From Podarcis tiliguerta (Eukaryota): a stretch of DNA of 64,000 nt. This document shows positions 9,796 to 23,571 of this stretch, in pieces. The position numbers were made by a program, and so were the translations under genes. The stretch is from NCBI GenBank assembly GCA_965153285.1, contig OZ229123.1; one strand, given 5' to 3'. Below the pieces are notes generated by a model. That model did not search any database and was not told the origin of the DNA. It saw only the letters and a program-made list of their open reading frames with translations. The first letter of the stretch is position 1; each line of letters opens with the position of its first letter.

Positions 9796-11221
9796 GTGCG
9801 CAAGGCTGCCAGCTGTTCTGGCAGTGCTCCTTCTCTAAACATCACTTGCTTGAGTGGTTGCGTTAAAATGCTACTATTTTTTCATTTAACTGTACACATG
9901 TCCAAGCACATTTCATCCTTCATTAGATGTTCAGTCTTCTGTGCATAAGTTCTCTCCTCAACCCCCTCTTCTCACAAAAAGGGGGGGGGGGACCCAGAAC
10001 TGCTGCCTGCTTCCTCCCCTCTACATACTAGGGGGGCAATTCCATTTTTTCTACATGGGTCACTCTTGTTAGAAAACTATCTAGTTTTTCTAAATGGATT
10101 GACAGAGGCTGAAATTAGACTTTGCAATGAATGTGGTATTTTGGCTGAAAATGGCAACCCTATTACGTTTTCTCTCCCCATAATTCTATGTATTTATGTA
10201 TACTGTTCATATTCTTCTTAACATAAGAAATCTTTTAAGTGTGGTACAAGAGTACAATAATAAACTCGCAGCTAAAAATGAAGAGATGCATATAAAAATA
10301 CATTGAAATACCCAATCATCTCTCTTAACCTGCACAATCTGAAAAACTTTTCAACATCCAGGCTTTCATCATATGCTGAATCTCACCCCTTTACACTGGC
10401 CATTGACACCTAAGATGTGTGTTTCAGGACCTACCCTATTCCTGAGACTAATAACTTTAATAATAAAAATATTAATACATTTGGAATGAGCCTAACATGG
10501 GCAGTGCCCCATCTCTCTCGTCCAGGCCCTCCCCAAGCCTGGAGAGTTCTGGTCACTCTAGGGCAGACTGGGAGGCCACTTGGGGAGAGGAGTTGGACAG
10601 GAAATTCCCTTTCATGGCCAATTGTAGCAAAAGCATTTTCTTGGATACCACCCTGTGCTTCCATTTAGAAATGGTACAGGGGAGTGTAGGGTGTACTTGA
10701 TTCAGTGCTGCCATTTTGGGTAGCAAAGCACACATCTGTCTTCCAGTCTAGTTCCACTCTTTTCTCCCTTCATCTGTGTTTCCTCTCTGCCTGACCTTTC
10801 CTCTCCCCTTACACCTGTGCTGTGCACTTGATTTGGGGGGGGGGGGGTGGAGGGCGGAGAGAATTCTCACTTGCTTCTGTAGCAGTCCCTACTTTGTCAG
10901 AAAGTACTTAAGTTTGCAGACAGGCTTTTAATTAGTGCTCACCATTTCATTTATGTTTGCTTTCTTTTTTTTCATTCATATTCTGTTAATTAAGTGATCA
11001 GCCTCTAATCTTCCCCTGCCAGTAGCTTCATGTAGCCATCTAATTAAATTAATTGGGGAAGATGTTTTAAGTATGTGATTAAATCAATTAATATAATTTA
11101 TGCCTGGCTTAACTGTACAGTGGGAAAAGGGAAGGGGGGAGGGAAACAGCTGAAGTTTGACTGGATTGTATCCGCCACAGCTTCCCCCTGTCACTGATCA
11201 ATGCCTTCTCTTGATTTTTAG

Positions 11222-11350
<129 letters not shown>

Positions 11351-11358
11351 TGATTGAG

Positions 11359-11608
11359 NNNNNNNNNNNNNNNNNNNNNNNNNNNNNNNNNNNNNNNNNN
11401 NNNNNNNNNNNNNNNNNNNNNNNNNNNNNNNNNNNNNNNNNNNNNNNNNNNNNNNNNNNNNNNNNNNNNNNNNNNNNNNNNNNNNNNNNNNNNNNNNNNN
11501 NNNNNNNNNNNNNNNNNNNNNNNNNNNNNNNNNNNNNNNNNNNNNNNNNNNNNNNNNNNNNNNNNNNNNNNNNNNNNNNNNNNNNNNNNNNNNNNNNNNN
11601 NNNNNNNN
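11359..11608. other. Assembly gap or masked run (250 N)
   Basis: Run of N. Confidence 0.99.
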
Positions 11609-12909
11609 AGATAATGTTTCCAGTATCCGTTAATGACAGGGGGGACATGGGCTTGCCTGCTTCGTTGCTATTACACCAATAAACTGGGATCTTGCTTGCG
11701 CCCTGTTTTTAATCAAATGTGCAGTCAAAATGATAAGCTGCATTCTCTGAAATTATTTAGTTCTAATTACGAGCAGATGGGATGCTTTATTTGCACCTTG
11801 GGCGCCTGAGCAAAAGGAGATGCTATGTGCACAAGAATAATTAAGAAGTTGAATAGTGGGGTTTTCCCCCCGTACTTAAATAATCTGCAGTTTCATGTTA
11901 ATTAGCTCTAATGTAATTATTTAATTACATTTATGAATTGGGGGGCTTTAAAAAGTCTTTCCTGGAAAGTGATGGGGTAGCCTGAGTGTTTTTTCAAAAG
12001 GGTAGAAATATTCTCTCTAGTAAATTGGTCAAAATATAAGCCATGGTCGCAGATTTTAAAATCCACTTAATTTCAGGAAATGTAGTTGGCTTAATCCGAA
12101 GGAGTGAAAACTATGTAAGAAGTATTAAATGCTTCTCTTCAATATATGCATCTTTGCTCTTGCTTATGGTTTCAGCTTGAAGGGGGGGGGTGAACCTCTG
12201 GGGTGACTTGGCTGGCACAAAATGAACAGAATGAAGGGGCAATTTCATAGCTCTGAATGTCCCAACAATTGTTTGCAATCCGTTGGTCTTATTCAGTCAT
12301 TCCTCTTCAAAGCCACATGTAAAGTGTCACGCTGGTTTGGATAATGCAGCCTAGCTTCCTTTTTTATCATAGTACCTTATCATTTTATTTTGTACTTTCT
12401 ACTGCTCTTGACCTAAAATGCAAAGAGGAGTTGGGCAATAATTTTTATGGCTGGCAAACAAACATTTTTAGATCTTCGAAATCAGACGTCAGCAATATTA
12501 CCACATGCTTAGTGCTTTTAGAAGTCCTTTCTAATTCTTTTGATATAATAAAAATAGATGAAGATTTTTCTGCAAGTGAGCCCCATTAATATTCTATATA
12601 ACCTTTTGCTTTCTGTTACCTCTAGCAAAATATACAAATGTCATTGGAGATTATGCAAATGTCTTGAAGATGTTTTTTAAAGAAATAATTTGTTTCTCCT
12701 TTTTGAGAACATTTGACAGAAAAATAAAATGTTGGTGCTATAACTAAAGGGGTAGCAATTAGCGTCTTCAGAATATTTGCACTTTAAAAAGACCATTTCC
12801 GTTTCAAAATTGACATTTTGCCTGATCTATGGAGGGCACTTTCTGGCATCCAGGAACCAGACAAATTCTGGAAGTATCCCACTGAGTTCAATGGGACTTA
12901 CTCCCTAGT

Positions 12910-13225
12910 CAGGCTGAGAGAGATACTTCTTTCAGTTTGCATTTGAAGATATATCTAGCTAAATTGGACTTCCTGAAACAATATGTAAACTGAAACACAG
13001 TCATCCTTCCATATTTTAATGTACCCAAATTTTGCAATGCAACCAAGTAATGTGTAGAAAAATGCATATATTAGGTAAATGCATTATGTTAGGAGAAATC
13101 ACTTCCCATAATGTGTTTATTAGGTGACATTGCATACAATAATCTATATATCAAGATAACTTTGCACTAAAATGCTGGTGAATTTTCAGGACGTAAAAAA
13201 AAAGAATCCACAAACTGATGTAACA
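12910..13225 (+). mobile_element. AT-rich non-autonomous DNA transposon (same family as 39887-40280 and 45767-46151)
   Basis: Shared internal blocks cttcctgaaa..aattttgca(a/g)tgca..aaaaatgcatatattag..aatgcatta..ggagaaat..aattttca. Confidence 0.65.
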
Positions 13226-15508
13226 CTTTTAGCTCTTCTTTCTTTCTTTCTTTCGAATCTTTTTCAGTTTTTAGTACAGCTCCACCATAAATATTTATAT
13301 CAAAGCAGGAGAAGTCTACTTAACTGTTTTTGTTGTTGTTTTTACCACACTATCAGACCACTCCTATCCACTCACAAGGGTGTGTTGGTATAAAATAGCC
13401 AAACTTCATTTTTGTCCATATAGCAAGTAGCCACGCCCTTAGATTGGCAATCATAACTATACTGTACGTACTGGACATAAATTCAGATGAGTGAGGCATT
13501 CTTCCCAGTTTGTCAGTTTCTCTATAGCAGCAAATGCTTGAGAAAAAGAATCACCACAGTACACAAAAAGAATCACCACATAGCACTAAACATGTCATTA
13601 AACTGGTGTTTCTGGAATGTTATGCTGGTGTTTGCTAATGTTTCAGTTTGGGCAGCAGGCTAAACTTGCATTTCATAATATTTGTAGATAAAGCTAAAGC
13701 AAATATATTTGTTCCTTTGCTGCTTTTGTGTGCAAGCCTTGTTACTGGCAACTTTGTCTTTGAAAGAGTCAGTCACTTTAAGACTAGAAATGAAAGTGCA
13801 AAAAATCAAAGCACCATGTGCCCTTCCTTGATCATGGTGTATCTTGTGAATGTTATGCTTTGATTCTTGAGCATCAATGAACAGTATTGTTGAGGAACAG
13901 CCATAATTCTAACATTAATAGTTTGCCTGAGTTTAAGAGACACCTGTTGAGAGCGCAGGATGGGGAGACAATGCATTTTCTGTAACCAGCCTGCTATAAT
14001 GATGCTTTCTTTTTAAAAACAGCTGGTATTAAAAATGGTTTGCATATAGTTTTTGACTTATGTAAACCTTTGGAATTGGAAAAATGAAATGACATTTTGA
14101 TTAGTTAGGTATGTGGTTCATTTTTCTCTGTTCATATTCGGCTTATCTTGATGGCAATACAGGCAAAATGCCTTGTAAATTTTCAGTGCAATTTTGGGAA
14201 AATGAAATCACTCCATCAACAACAATTTATTCATCTATTGACCATAATATTTAACAAGCAAAGGATAGGTCAAAGGGGGGAAATGTAGTAATCAGTTTCA
14301 AAAATAATTTGAATTATCAAGCATTAAAAGTCTAGTATTAATAACAATATTTAAGAATTTAGCTAATAACAAATGATTTTTTTCCTTTGAAATGTCATCT
14401 TAGTGGCCCATTTCATTTGCAGTAATACTGAAGGGCAATAACATAGGTTGCATTCATTGTGAGAGAATTTTTGTGATTTTAGAATAATTCTTCCACTTGA
14501 ACGTTTTATTTTCAAATGAATGACAGATCCCCTCCCTGCACTACATAATATTTAATATTTAAATCTACGGCTGTGCTTAATCTACTGTCTTGTCCAGTTC
14601 CCTTCCATTATCTGTCGTAACCTCTAGGAAATCTCCCGATTACACAGAGGACTGTTCTATGAACACATTAGGCAAATGCCGTAGTGGGATGCAGTTCTTC
14701 AATAAAAAACATTCCATCCTGTTTCCTAAATTAACATGTGAATTTTAAAAATTAATACTACTTTTGAAATTGCAATAAGGCGTTCCGGCCATGATTTATG
14801 GGTTATGATGGTGCAGAAAGGGGTTCTTGCCAAGTCAAATGCTGGGCTATTGTGGTGTTACATCCTAATAAAATAAACAGTTCTGCTCCGCAGCACAGCT
14901 CTGGTGAAGCTGCATATAATGTATGATTATGGAAGCATTCCCTTCTCCCCTTAACCCCACTAACCCATCTTAAACCTCCTTTAGCTGTTGAATGGGAGTT
15001 TTTGTTTCTGACTACTGCTCAGTTTTCCTACACTTGTGCAGAGCAGTGAGCGTTACAAAGGCAGTTCCTCAGTACAAGGAGCCCTGCTTGGCAGTTCCTA
15101 GAAGGCTGTGATCTTACTGTGATACCAGTGGATTTTCAGAATAAAACCTCGTGGGCTGAATGTGGCTGCCTGGAGAAGATCTGCCTTTTAGACCCAAGTC
15201 CACCAGCATCCTTGAGCAGATCAGTTTCCTGTTGTATAGAATTTTTTTACCTCTGTGGTAGTTAAGATGGCAGGCGGCTGGATTCTCACCAGTGGTGCTG
15301 TGCTTTTCAGTGTGCCCATCCTCCCCATAAGCAAGTAAAAAAGTGGGGAATGGGCAGGAGATTTGGACCCTCTAGTAATATTCATGAGCTCCACAGAGAG
15401 CTTCTGAAGATTTACTGCTCAATTTCAGCTCATAATTCTCCTTTGGAAATGTGTAGTCTTCATGCACATTGCAGCAATATTGCTATCTCTACTATATGCT
15501 CATAACAT

Positions 15509-15655
15509 GGGGCTGCTCAGTCGCTAGAGCATGAGGCTTTTAATTCCAGGGACGTGGGTTCAAGTGCTAGGTTGGGCAAAAGATTCCTGCATTGCAGGGG
15601 TTGGACTAGATGACCCCTGTGACCTCTTCCAACTCTATGATTCTACACTTCTATG
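15509..15655 (+). mobile_element. tRNA-Lys-derived SINE with CR1-type tail
   Basis: Head gctcagtcgctagagcatgaggctt.taattccagggacgtgggttcaag..gttgggc aligns to tRNA-Lys; tail gattcctgcattgcaggggttggactagatgaccc..ttccaactctatgattcta is CR1-like. Confidence 0.8.
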
Positions 15656-15833
15656 TTTTTGTGCTAAGGCAGCCTTTGCCTGCCTGATGCCCTCCATATA
15701 TTTTAGATTGCAACTGGGATTAATGGGAGTTGTAGTTCAAAGAAAACGGAGGGCAGCAGGTCGACGAAGGCTGTGCTAAGATTTGCCACCCATCCACCAA
15801 TGCTTCCTTTAAGATACCAAAGGCTTCTCACTA

Positions 15834-16075
15834 CAGTGGTACCTCGGGTTAAGTACTTAATTTATTCCAGAGGTCTGTTCTTAAGCTGAAACTGTTCTTA
15901 ACCTGAAGCACCACTTTGGCTAATGGGGCCTCCTGCTGCCGCCGCACCGCCGGAACACGTTTGCTGTTCTTATCCTGAAGCAAAGTTCTTAACCTGAAGC
16001 ACTATTTCTGGGTTAGCGGAGTCTGTAGCTTGAAGCGTATGTAACCTGAAGTGTATGTAACCCGAGGTACCACTG
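15834..16075. mobile_element. Tc1/mariner-superfamily MITE, 242 bp
   Basis: Perfect 18-bp TIRs CAGTGGTACCTCGGGTTA / TAACCCGAGGTACCACTG with TA on both flanks; internal TAACCTGAAG repeats. Confidence 0.92.
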
Positions 16076-18443
16076 TATTAGAATCAGGTATGTGTGTGCT
16101 GTGGAAGGTCAGGCTGTACCTCATATCTCCTGGTTTAGGGATTCCTGGTCGTGACACCAGGATAATGTCACAAACAGTGCACATGGCACTATTATTAAGG
16201 ACATGCACCCTGAAAGCTTATTCAGACCAGCTCAGAGTGTTAGTCTCAAAGCAGATTTCTGTTTTTCTTGTCAAGCTTTGGCAGATTTTGCTTTTTCACT
16301 CAGGATCTAATAATTAATCATGTTGGGGAGCAGAAGGAACTTCCCCTTAGGGGAAACTGCTGGGCTACCTTTCACCTTCCATTGTGGCTCATAGTTTGGT
16401 TTGCTCACGTGAGCATCTGGCAAGGATTTGCTAAACTTTCTCCTTGCTCTGCTACCATCTTGTTGCACCTTTGGTTATTCCTTCAGATCGTCCAGGTCAT
16501 CTGAGATGATAACTCAGATTGCTAACTTAAGTGCCCTTATTTCGGTATACGCTTCCATTTCCCCAGCCAGACTCCCACACCCCAAAAAATATGTTTAGGA
16601 ACACAGTATTGTGGGTTATGATATGGAGGATACTAATCCAGTTAAGGAGATTGGTAGCTTAAGGTTACTTTCTGATAGCTTCTTCTGTTAACACAAATGA
16701 TAACTAAATAGAACTTTAGTTGTAGCATATGTCATACACCTTTACATAGTCTTTACCTCATGTTAGATATGAACGACAGAGAAAAGCTTTTGTTTTCATA
16801 TTCTGCATGTAAACTTTCCAAAAGCTCTGTTTACTGTTGGAAGCATGAAGCTGTGCCACATAGCATTCATATATATGCTCGTATAATGATTTTTTCCAGT
16901 GCTCAAGTTTTGACTTTTCACCCACCCAACACAGACAAAAACAAAGATGTGTGTCTAGAATGTCTACTTACTGCTGCTTTTCCAAAATGTAGAGCATTGA
17001 GGACAATTTTTCCATGTTGTAGCATTTTTTTCCAGGAATTTTGGCCCCGTTTCTGAAGATTCTTGGTACATTAGTCATATGGAAAAGGCATTGCTTTAAT
17101 CTTGTTAGCAAACCATTCAAGAACCCACATCAAGCCTGTGTTTGTTAAGCAGCACTTGCTATTGATTTCATGACAGCTCTTTCTTTTGCCAATTGATCTT
17201 TTTTGTTTGTTTACATTAGGACAGTTTTTAGACAGGCTAACATTGAATTAGCTAAGTTTAAAGTTGTAAATTGGACATACTAACAAGGCGCTATGTATAA
17301 ACCATTTTGAAGGAAATCATGTCATTGGTTTGTAGTAATGGTTCTATCTTTGACAGTTTATGCATCCTATGTACTCATTTTCAGTCCTATAACAAAGAAA
17401 AGGTTTGCCATCCCCTAAGCAGTGTGTTCTGGGTAACCCCACACAAGTTTTACTTTAAAAACGGGTAGCAGAAGTCCTTAGTGGAATGGATGAAAAGTGC
17501 TCCAGATGCCACAGCTATTATAAACTAAATATGCATTTAATGAGAGAGAGTGTGTGCGAAACTGCAAAAAAGAAAAAAACAACTTATAAAGGAAAATGTC
17601 TCAAGTTGCTCTCTCAAAAAAGAGCCTTGCTTTTATGAGTTATTTATCTCATACATTTTTAAAATAAAAATACATATGGATGCACTTTGGTCTGCTGAAT
17701 GAATTTTATGTAGATTTAACGTCACAGTCTCCTTTTAACATGGTTCTATTTGTGTGTGGTATTATCCAAAAATAATGCAAATAATCTAGTGTTGTTCATT
17801 GTCTTCTGTTACGCAAAACCTTAGTTCATGGCTTGCTTTTGGAGAAGTGATAGTAAACAAGACAATTAAAAATCTTAAATTAGGAATGCTATGTTTGAAC
17901 CTGGGGATGCCTCATTTCTCCTGCTTCTGAACAGTATTGCAGAGAGATGTGGATATTTTAGGCACTTAGAGATTCTTTAAAAGGCTGTAGATTAGGTTTC
18001 CACTAAAGGGGGAGGGAAATCTAGGCTCCTGCTCTGTTTAATGGAAGTATAATTTGCTGTAATTCACAGGAAAGAATTTTGACTGCCATATTCAGAAGGA
18101 ATCCAAGACACAGTTTTATCACATTTCAGTTGGATTCAAAGCCCAGTGCAAGTTTGTGATTTTGAGTGTGCACAGTAATGTTTTCCATACTTTCTTATTT
18201 ATTATTTGGATTGTGTAGCTTCATCATGGTGGTTTGAGGTCTTTTTAGGCAAAAAATGTCTTATTTGAAGACTTTTCTGATGATTGCAGTACATAGTTGG
18301 ACAACTTTTATACCAAATATCAACTTCATATGTGGACAGGCTTTGTTCTAAGCAGTGAAGCTGCTACGAAACCTTGACATCAAAATTTCCTAGGTGAGAC
18401 AAAGAACACAGCCATCCAAGTGTACAATCCTAGGTTTAAATTT

Positions 18444-18565
18444 GGGGCTGTAGCCAACTAAGTTTTATACAGAGTAGACCAGTTGAAATTAGTGGACCCA
18501 AGTTAGGCATATACATTAATTTCAATGGATCTACTCTGAGTATGACTAGCATTGGATACAGCCCC
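18444..18565. mobile_element. Palindromic MITE, 122 bp (related decayed copy near 48963-49032)
   Basis: Fold-back ggggctgtagccaa..cagagtagacc..ttgaaatta / taatttcaa..ggatctactctg..ttggatacagcccc, ending 60 nt upstream of the 18626 exon. Confidence 0.75.
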
Positions 18566-18625
18566 ACGTGTGGAGATCATTGCAAGCGCAATTTGCAGAT
18601 AATGTGTTGTTGTGGCTTCTTTCAG

Positions 18626-18709
18626 GGTATGCACATTCTGTTCGAGAGGCGACTCCTGATTTCACTATTTATCAGGGGACACAGTTTGGAAGACTCTGTG
18701 AAATACGAG
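18626..18709 (+). CDS. IQCH: IQCH exon (GYAHSVREATPDFTIYQGTQFGRLCEIR-D), 84 nt, phase 1->1
   Basis: Acceptor cttctttcAG at 18624-18625; donor GAG|GTACAG at 18710. Matches recalled GYSQPVRE..DF..QN.QLGRLCDI. Confidence 0.93.
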
Positions 18710-20187
18710 GTACAGACATGCTCCTACTTGTCATACGTCCTTCATGTTTCCCAAAAGAAAAAAGACGCATTTCAGTTGAATACGTGTTTTCAAGCCAATG
18801 CAAGCAACCATTTGTTGCCACCAAAGACATATTATTCATTATAGTCACTTATGGACCACTTCCCATCAAGGATCCCAAAGCAGTTTATGGGATACAATTC
18901 CAACTCTAAAGTCACCATTATGAGAATAGATTTAAGAGTAACCATGTTATGATGGTTTTGGTTCTTCCTTGAAAGCTGATTCCAGACAGGGGTGTTGAGG
19001 CAATCCTATTTGGCACCTTGGCCTTTGGCTTATGGCAGGAATGGGCATGGCACTCACAAAGGCCTGCGTTGGTGCCCTGAGGAAAGGACTCCCAAATTTG
19101 AGCTTTTGTGTTATTTTATAAAAAGTATCTAGTCCTCCTAGAAATAAGGCTATGAAGCAAAATGTGCTGGTACCCTTCCATGTGATTTCTGTGAAATGAG
19201 CCAGCCTGGCTGTTCCTACCTGTCAGAACTGAATGAAGTCAGACCTGTGATTGATAAGTGATTTGTTTGGGTACGCAGCAATAGGAATCCCTGGGGTTCT
19301 AAAAAAGCACTTCCACCCTCCCCTTTAATGCACTTTCGCTCCTTCAGTCTTATTTTCTAGTAGCTTTTGGAATCCCCACCATTTGCTGTTCCTTTCCCCC
19401 CAGCAACCAGGACACATCTTTCCTGTTGTGAGTTTGTCTGAGATGAGGTACTTGTCTGAGATGAGTTGTTTTCTGCAAATACTATTGCACAATAAGTGCA
19501 GGTGGATGTTAAATAATCCCCTCCTGAAATGGCAAATGCAAAATGTGAAAACTTTTCAAAGAGGCTTAGGTATGTCTCCTCTTGGGCAGGAGTTGATGTT
19601 CAGGCACTCATTAAGAATTCACTGGAAAGTTAGCATGCAGTACAGTGGTATACGTCACAATTTCAAAAGTGTTTGCATTTAATGACACTTGCTCCCTGCT
19701 AAGTGGGTGCAGAATAGCAGCTTAGGCTAAGATTGGAATTGAGGGGAACAGTTCTTTTGTGCCTTTAACAGGTATATTTCCACAATCAGGACCAGAGACC
19801 GTGGCTTACTTCCCATAGTAAACACAAGGTTGCCACTGGAGGGGCAGGGAGCAGCAATAGCTGTACTCCATCTAATTTTGTATTGTATCATCCCCCCAAT
19901 GTTGTGTTATATACCATGCCCCATGGCAGCTGTTTTGTGACTGATGCCATTAGCACTCTCAAGATCCAAAATATGCCGCCTGGTCTGAAAAAGATTGGCA
20001 ACTTGTGCCTTTGCTGTGTCTGGGTTGGATTACTACTATGTAAATAGAACCGCGTCTGAGGAATCTTTAGGTGCTTAAGTTGGTCCTGAAAGCCGCCACC
20101 TAGCCATGGGATCACATTACACCAATCCTGCAATTTGCTTCCAGACACAATTCAAAGCATTACCCTTTGGCATATTACCCCGCTTCC

Positions 20188-20650
20188 ATGGGAGTGGCCA
20201 CCAAGACCACATAACACCAGTCTTGAAAGACCTACATTGGCTCCCAGTATGTTTCCGAGCACAATTCAAAGTGTTGGTGCTGACCTTTAAAGCCCTAAAC
20301 AGCCTCGGTCCAGCATACATGAAGGAGCATCTCAACCCCCATCTTTCTACCCGGACACTGAGTTCCAGAGCCGAGGGCCTTCTGGTGGTTCCCTCTCTGT
20401 GAGACAGGGAACCAGGCAGAGGACCTTCTCGGAAGTGGCACCCACCCCGTGGAACGTCCTCCCACCAGATGTCAAAGAGAACAACAACTACCAGACTTTT
20501 AGAAGACATCTGAAGGCAGCCCTGTTTAGGGAAGCTTTTAATGTTTGATGGATTACTGTATTTTAATATTTTGTTGGAAGCCGCCCAGAGTGGCTGGGGA
20601 AGCCCAGCCAGATGGGCAGGATATAAATAATAAAGTATTATTATTATTAT
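20188..20650 (+). mobile_element. Relatively young 5'-truncated L2 LINE
   Basis: Encodes HITPVLKDLHWLPVCFRAQFKVLVLTFKALNSLGPAY (L2 ORF2 C-terminus), then a 3' UTR and an (ATT)n tail. Confidence 0.88.
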
Positions 20651-21819
20651 CATCATCATGCATGTTCCCTAAGATAAGAAGGAGTGTCCTTCTAGGGTTA
20701 TTGACTATGCCCAGACTATGAAACTCATAAAGTCTGGTTAGCTCCATTCCTTTCTTTTTTTTTTTGCTAGTCATTCAAGACCTTTTTATTCTGGCAGACT
20801 TTTGTTGTATGTGGCTGATAATTATTTGTATGTCTTATTTTTAATTGCTGATCCTGTTGCTTTTTTATTGTTTTATAAAATTGTAATTTTTAAATGTTCT
20901 CAGCGGTGGTTGTGCACCAGAAGGGTGGGGTAGAAATGTTTTAATAAATACATTTTCCAAAAAAGTCAAATGTGGGTGCTCAGCATTATGCGGAATTGGA
21001 GCTATAAATAATTTCACAACAAGGTTTTCCTTTGAAGGGTTGCAAGGAGGTGATCCCTTATTTAAAGTATTCAAAAGGAAATATTATAAGTGAACAGGAG
21101 ACAACAAGGGACATGAACTAAACTGGGGAGGGTCCCCTGTGTGGCAGCCCTTCCTTAAGCAAAGGAACAAAGAATATTAATTTGTCAATGGGCAACTTTT
21201 CTGGCTCCCCAGAATGACATACTTTACATGATTCATTTATATTTCAGCATCATTATTATTTCATAAATGCCATTTAGTGAATTTTGCACAAAAATGTATT
21301 AGTTCTGAAAATTTACAGGAGTCTAAAATAATCACTTAATTGCCTTTATATATTATGAAGGCACTAATGTTGTTTTGTCCTCAGTGCGGTTCTTTTATGT
21401 GGTAGCGTTTATTTTAGGAAAGATTTGTTACTTCTGAATGAATGGGAAAGTTGCAGGCACCATGTCACACTGCCACTTGGAAGGCTTGCGGCTCCTTCTA
21501 TTAAAAACCTCCTTCCCCCTCTTAGTTTATTGCATCTGTCTCCCACCTTTCCCCAAGGAGCTGCCTGGGAGATATTAAAAGACTACTTTCTCGAATTCCC
21601 ACTTGGGTTACATGTGTATTTGGGCTGTCCCTCCAAAATGGATCTGCACCTGGGCAAAGGATAGCTTCAAATCAGCAACACAGCAGTCCACAGCATGCAG
21701 GAAATATCAGGATGTGAAATGGAGACTGGAGTAACTGGGGGGAAGGGAATGTGATTATTTCAGTTATATGCCCTTGGGACTTACGCTACAGTAAGAGACC
21801 CTTAGATTTTGCCAAAAGC

Positions 21820-22130
21820 TTCACAGAAAACATTTTGAGGAGGATCTAAAGGAAGTGAGAAGTAACATCACCAAGGCATATTAGGAAGCATTTCCCAATA
21901 TCCATGGCAGCAGAGGAGGAAGGGTGGGGCCATTCCAGGGTACAGGTGGAAGCTGGAGCTGGGGGAGTAAAGGTCACAGGCAGGGATTTAGAGACCTATG
22001 AGAGCAGAGAGAAGGGAAGGCCATGAACACTGTTCTAAACCATGAACTGAAGGCTGGTGGTGACAGCAGTGGGAAACAAATAAAAATTCAAGGCAAAGGA
22101 GGCAGTATTTCTAGCACACAGTAGCTAGAT
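21820..22130 (-). mobile_element. Old L2-like fragment
   Basis: Purine-rich ttttgaggaggatctaaagg..ggaagcatttccca..gcagcagaggaggaagg pattern resembling an antisense L2 3' region. Confidence 0.4.
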
Positions 22131-22360
22131 TGGAGGAGTGTTTTCTGACTCACCTCTGGGAAAGATTTTCTTGGCTTCTCCATGAGTGGAGAGAACACGA
22201 AAACTCAGGAGGCAAATTGGGGAAGGTGTTTTTTGGTCATATGCCTCCCTCTCCCAACAGTGTGATACCTTTTCAATGTCAAAGTGTGTCCAGACACTAA
22301 CTATTTATTCACACATTTCCACTGTGAAATCCTGTTTGGCTTTAACATAATACAGCAGGA

Positions 22361-22738
22361 ACATAAGAAGAGACCTGCTGGATCAGGCTAAATATCCCTC
22401 TAGGCCATCCTTTCTCGACCTGTGGGTCCCCAGATGTTGTTGAACTACAACTCCCATCACCCCTAGCTAGCAAGGCCAGAGCTCAGGGATGATGGGAGTT
22501 GTAGTCCAACAACATTTGGGGACCCACAGGTTGAGAAATGCTGCTCTAGGCCATCTAGATGTCCATGGGAAGCTTGCAAACAGAACCTGACAGCAAAAAC
22601 ATTCTCCCACTTGTGGTTCCCAGCATCTGGTATTCAGAGATATACTACCTCTGACAATGGAAGCAGACAGCATAGCCATCCTAGTGAGTAGCCACTGATA
22701 GCCTTATCCTCCATTAATTTGTCTAATCCCCTTTTAAT
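22361..22738 (-). mobile_element. CR1 LINE 3' end, interrupted by a hAT MITE
   Basis: Starts aacataagaagagacctgctggatcagg; the minus strand encodes IKRGLDKLMEDKAI (CR1 ORF2 C-terminus). Confidence 0.75.
22406..22543. mobile_element. hAT MITE, 138 bp, with perfect 8-bp TSD CTCTAGGC
   Basis: TSD at 22398-22405 and 22544-22551; TIRs catcctttctcgacctgtggg / cccacaggttgagaaatgctg. Confidence 0.92.
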
Positions 22739-23395
22739 GTCAGGTGTGTCTCCCTGGGGAGAGCATTCCGCTGTCAGGGAACCACCACTGAAAAGGCTGT
22801 TATTGTGTTGCCACCTGCTAGCCTCAGAAGGGGCACACAAAAAAGAGCCTCGGATGATGACTGCAAGATCTAAGTAGGTTCATATGGTGAGTGGCTGTCC
22901 CTAAAGTATTGCACACCATATTGTGTTGTACATTTGACCAAACACACTTCAAGACTTCCTTGTTACAAGATTGTGAGTTCCTTCCACCATTGGTCTGGGC
23001 AGTGTATGAAACTGCTTCTTCTGCAACCTTCTCAAAGCTATAAGCTGAATCTACCTTGGTTTTTAATAGCAGATGTTTTCAAAGCCATGCACAATTCCCA
23101 TCCATATTAAAACAGGTCATTCAGCTAAGTCTCCCTTGCAACACTTCTGAACTTCTAGCCAACAATCCCACACTTTCTGTTTTGTGGACTTGGTTCTGAA
23201 AACTGTCTGGTTTGTTCTACTTTCTTCAGAGAGAGAGAGAAAAGGGGAGGTTGGAGCAGAGGTGTGTGTGCACACATGTGCAAAGATACAGATATTTGTA
23301 AAATAAAGTGGTTATGAAAAGTAATACTGGCAAGCAAAGTTACCTTTCTACCAATAATTAACAGCGAGTCTCCGGTTCATTTGTTTGTCTTTAAG

Positions 23396-23571
23396 ATCCT
23401 AATGTGGACGTCATCTACATTTGCCCCTACCCACTGAGCGATGAGATGCTGCACTATTACAATTCATTTTTGGGTCTGCAGCCAGCTGTTATATCTGGAA
23501 GCCCTAAGGACATTGGTGACCTGCAGGACAGGTTCACAATCCTCACCCCTGAAGCCATAAACAGCTTCCCT
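23396..23571 (+). CDS. IQCH: IQCH exon (DPNVDVIYICPYPLSDEMLHYY...DLQDRFTILTPEAINSFP), 176 nt, phase 1->0
   Basis: Acceptor tgtctttaAG at 23394-23395; donor CCT|GTGAGT at 23572. In frame with ORF 23404..23667. Confidence 0.95.

Noticed and set aside
9796-9948. C-terminal extension of ORF 9394..9948 (VRKAASCSG...)
   Set aside because: Read-through past the donor at 9796; IQCH homology resumes in the 11222 exon. The same applies to the tails of ORFs 23404, 27556, 31349 and 44720.
11120-11152. PTF1A-RBPJ composite site (TGGGAAA plus CAGCTG)
   Set aside because: The 19-nt spacing does not fit the helical-turn spacing I recall for this composite, and both motifs are short enough to be chance.
20117-20659. 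180-aa minus-strand ORF
   Set aside because: Antisense reading of an L2 fragment, starting in its (ATT)n tail.
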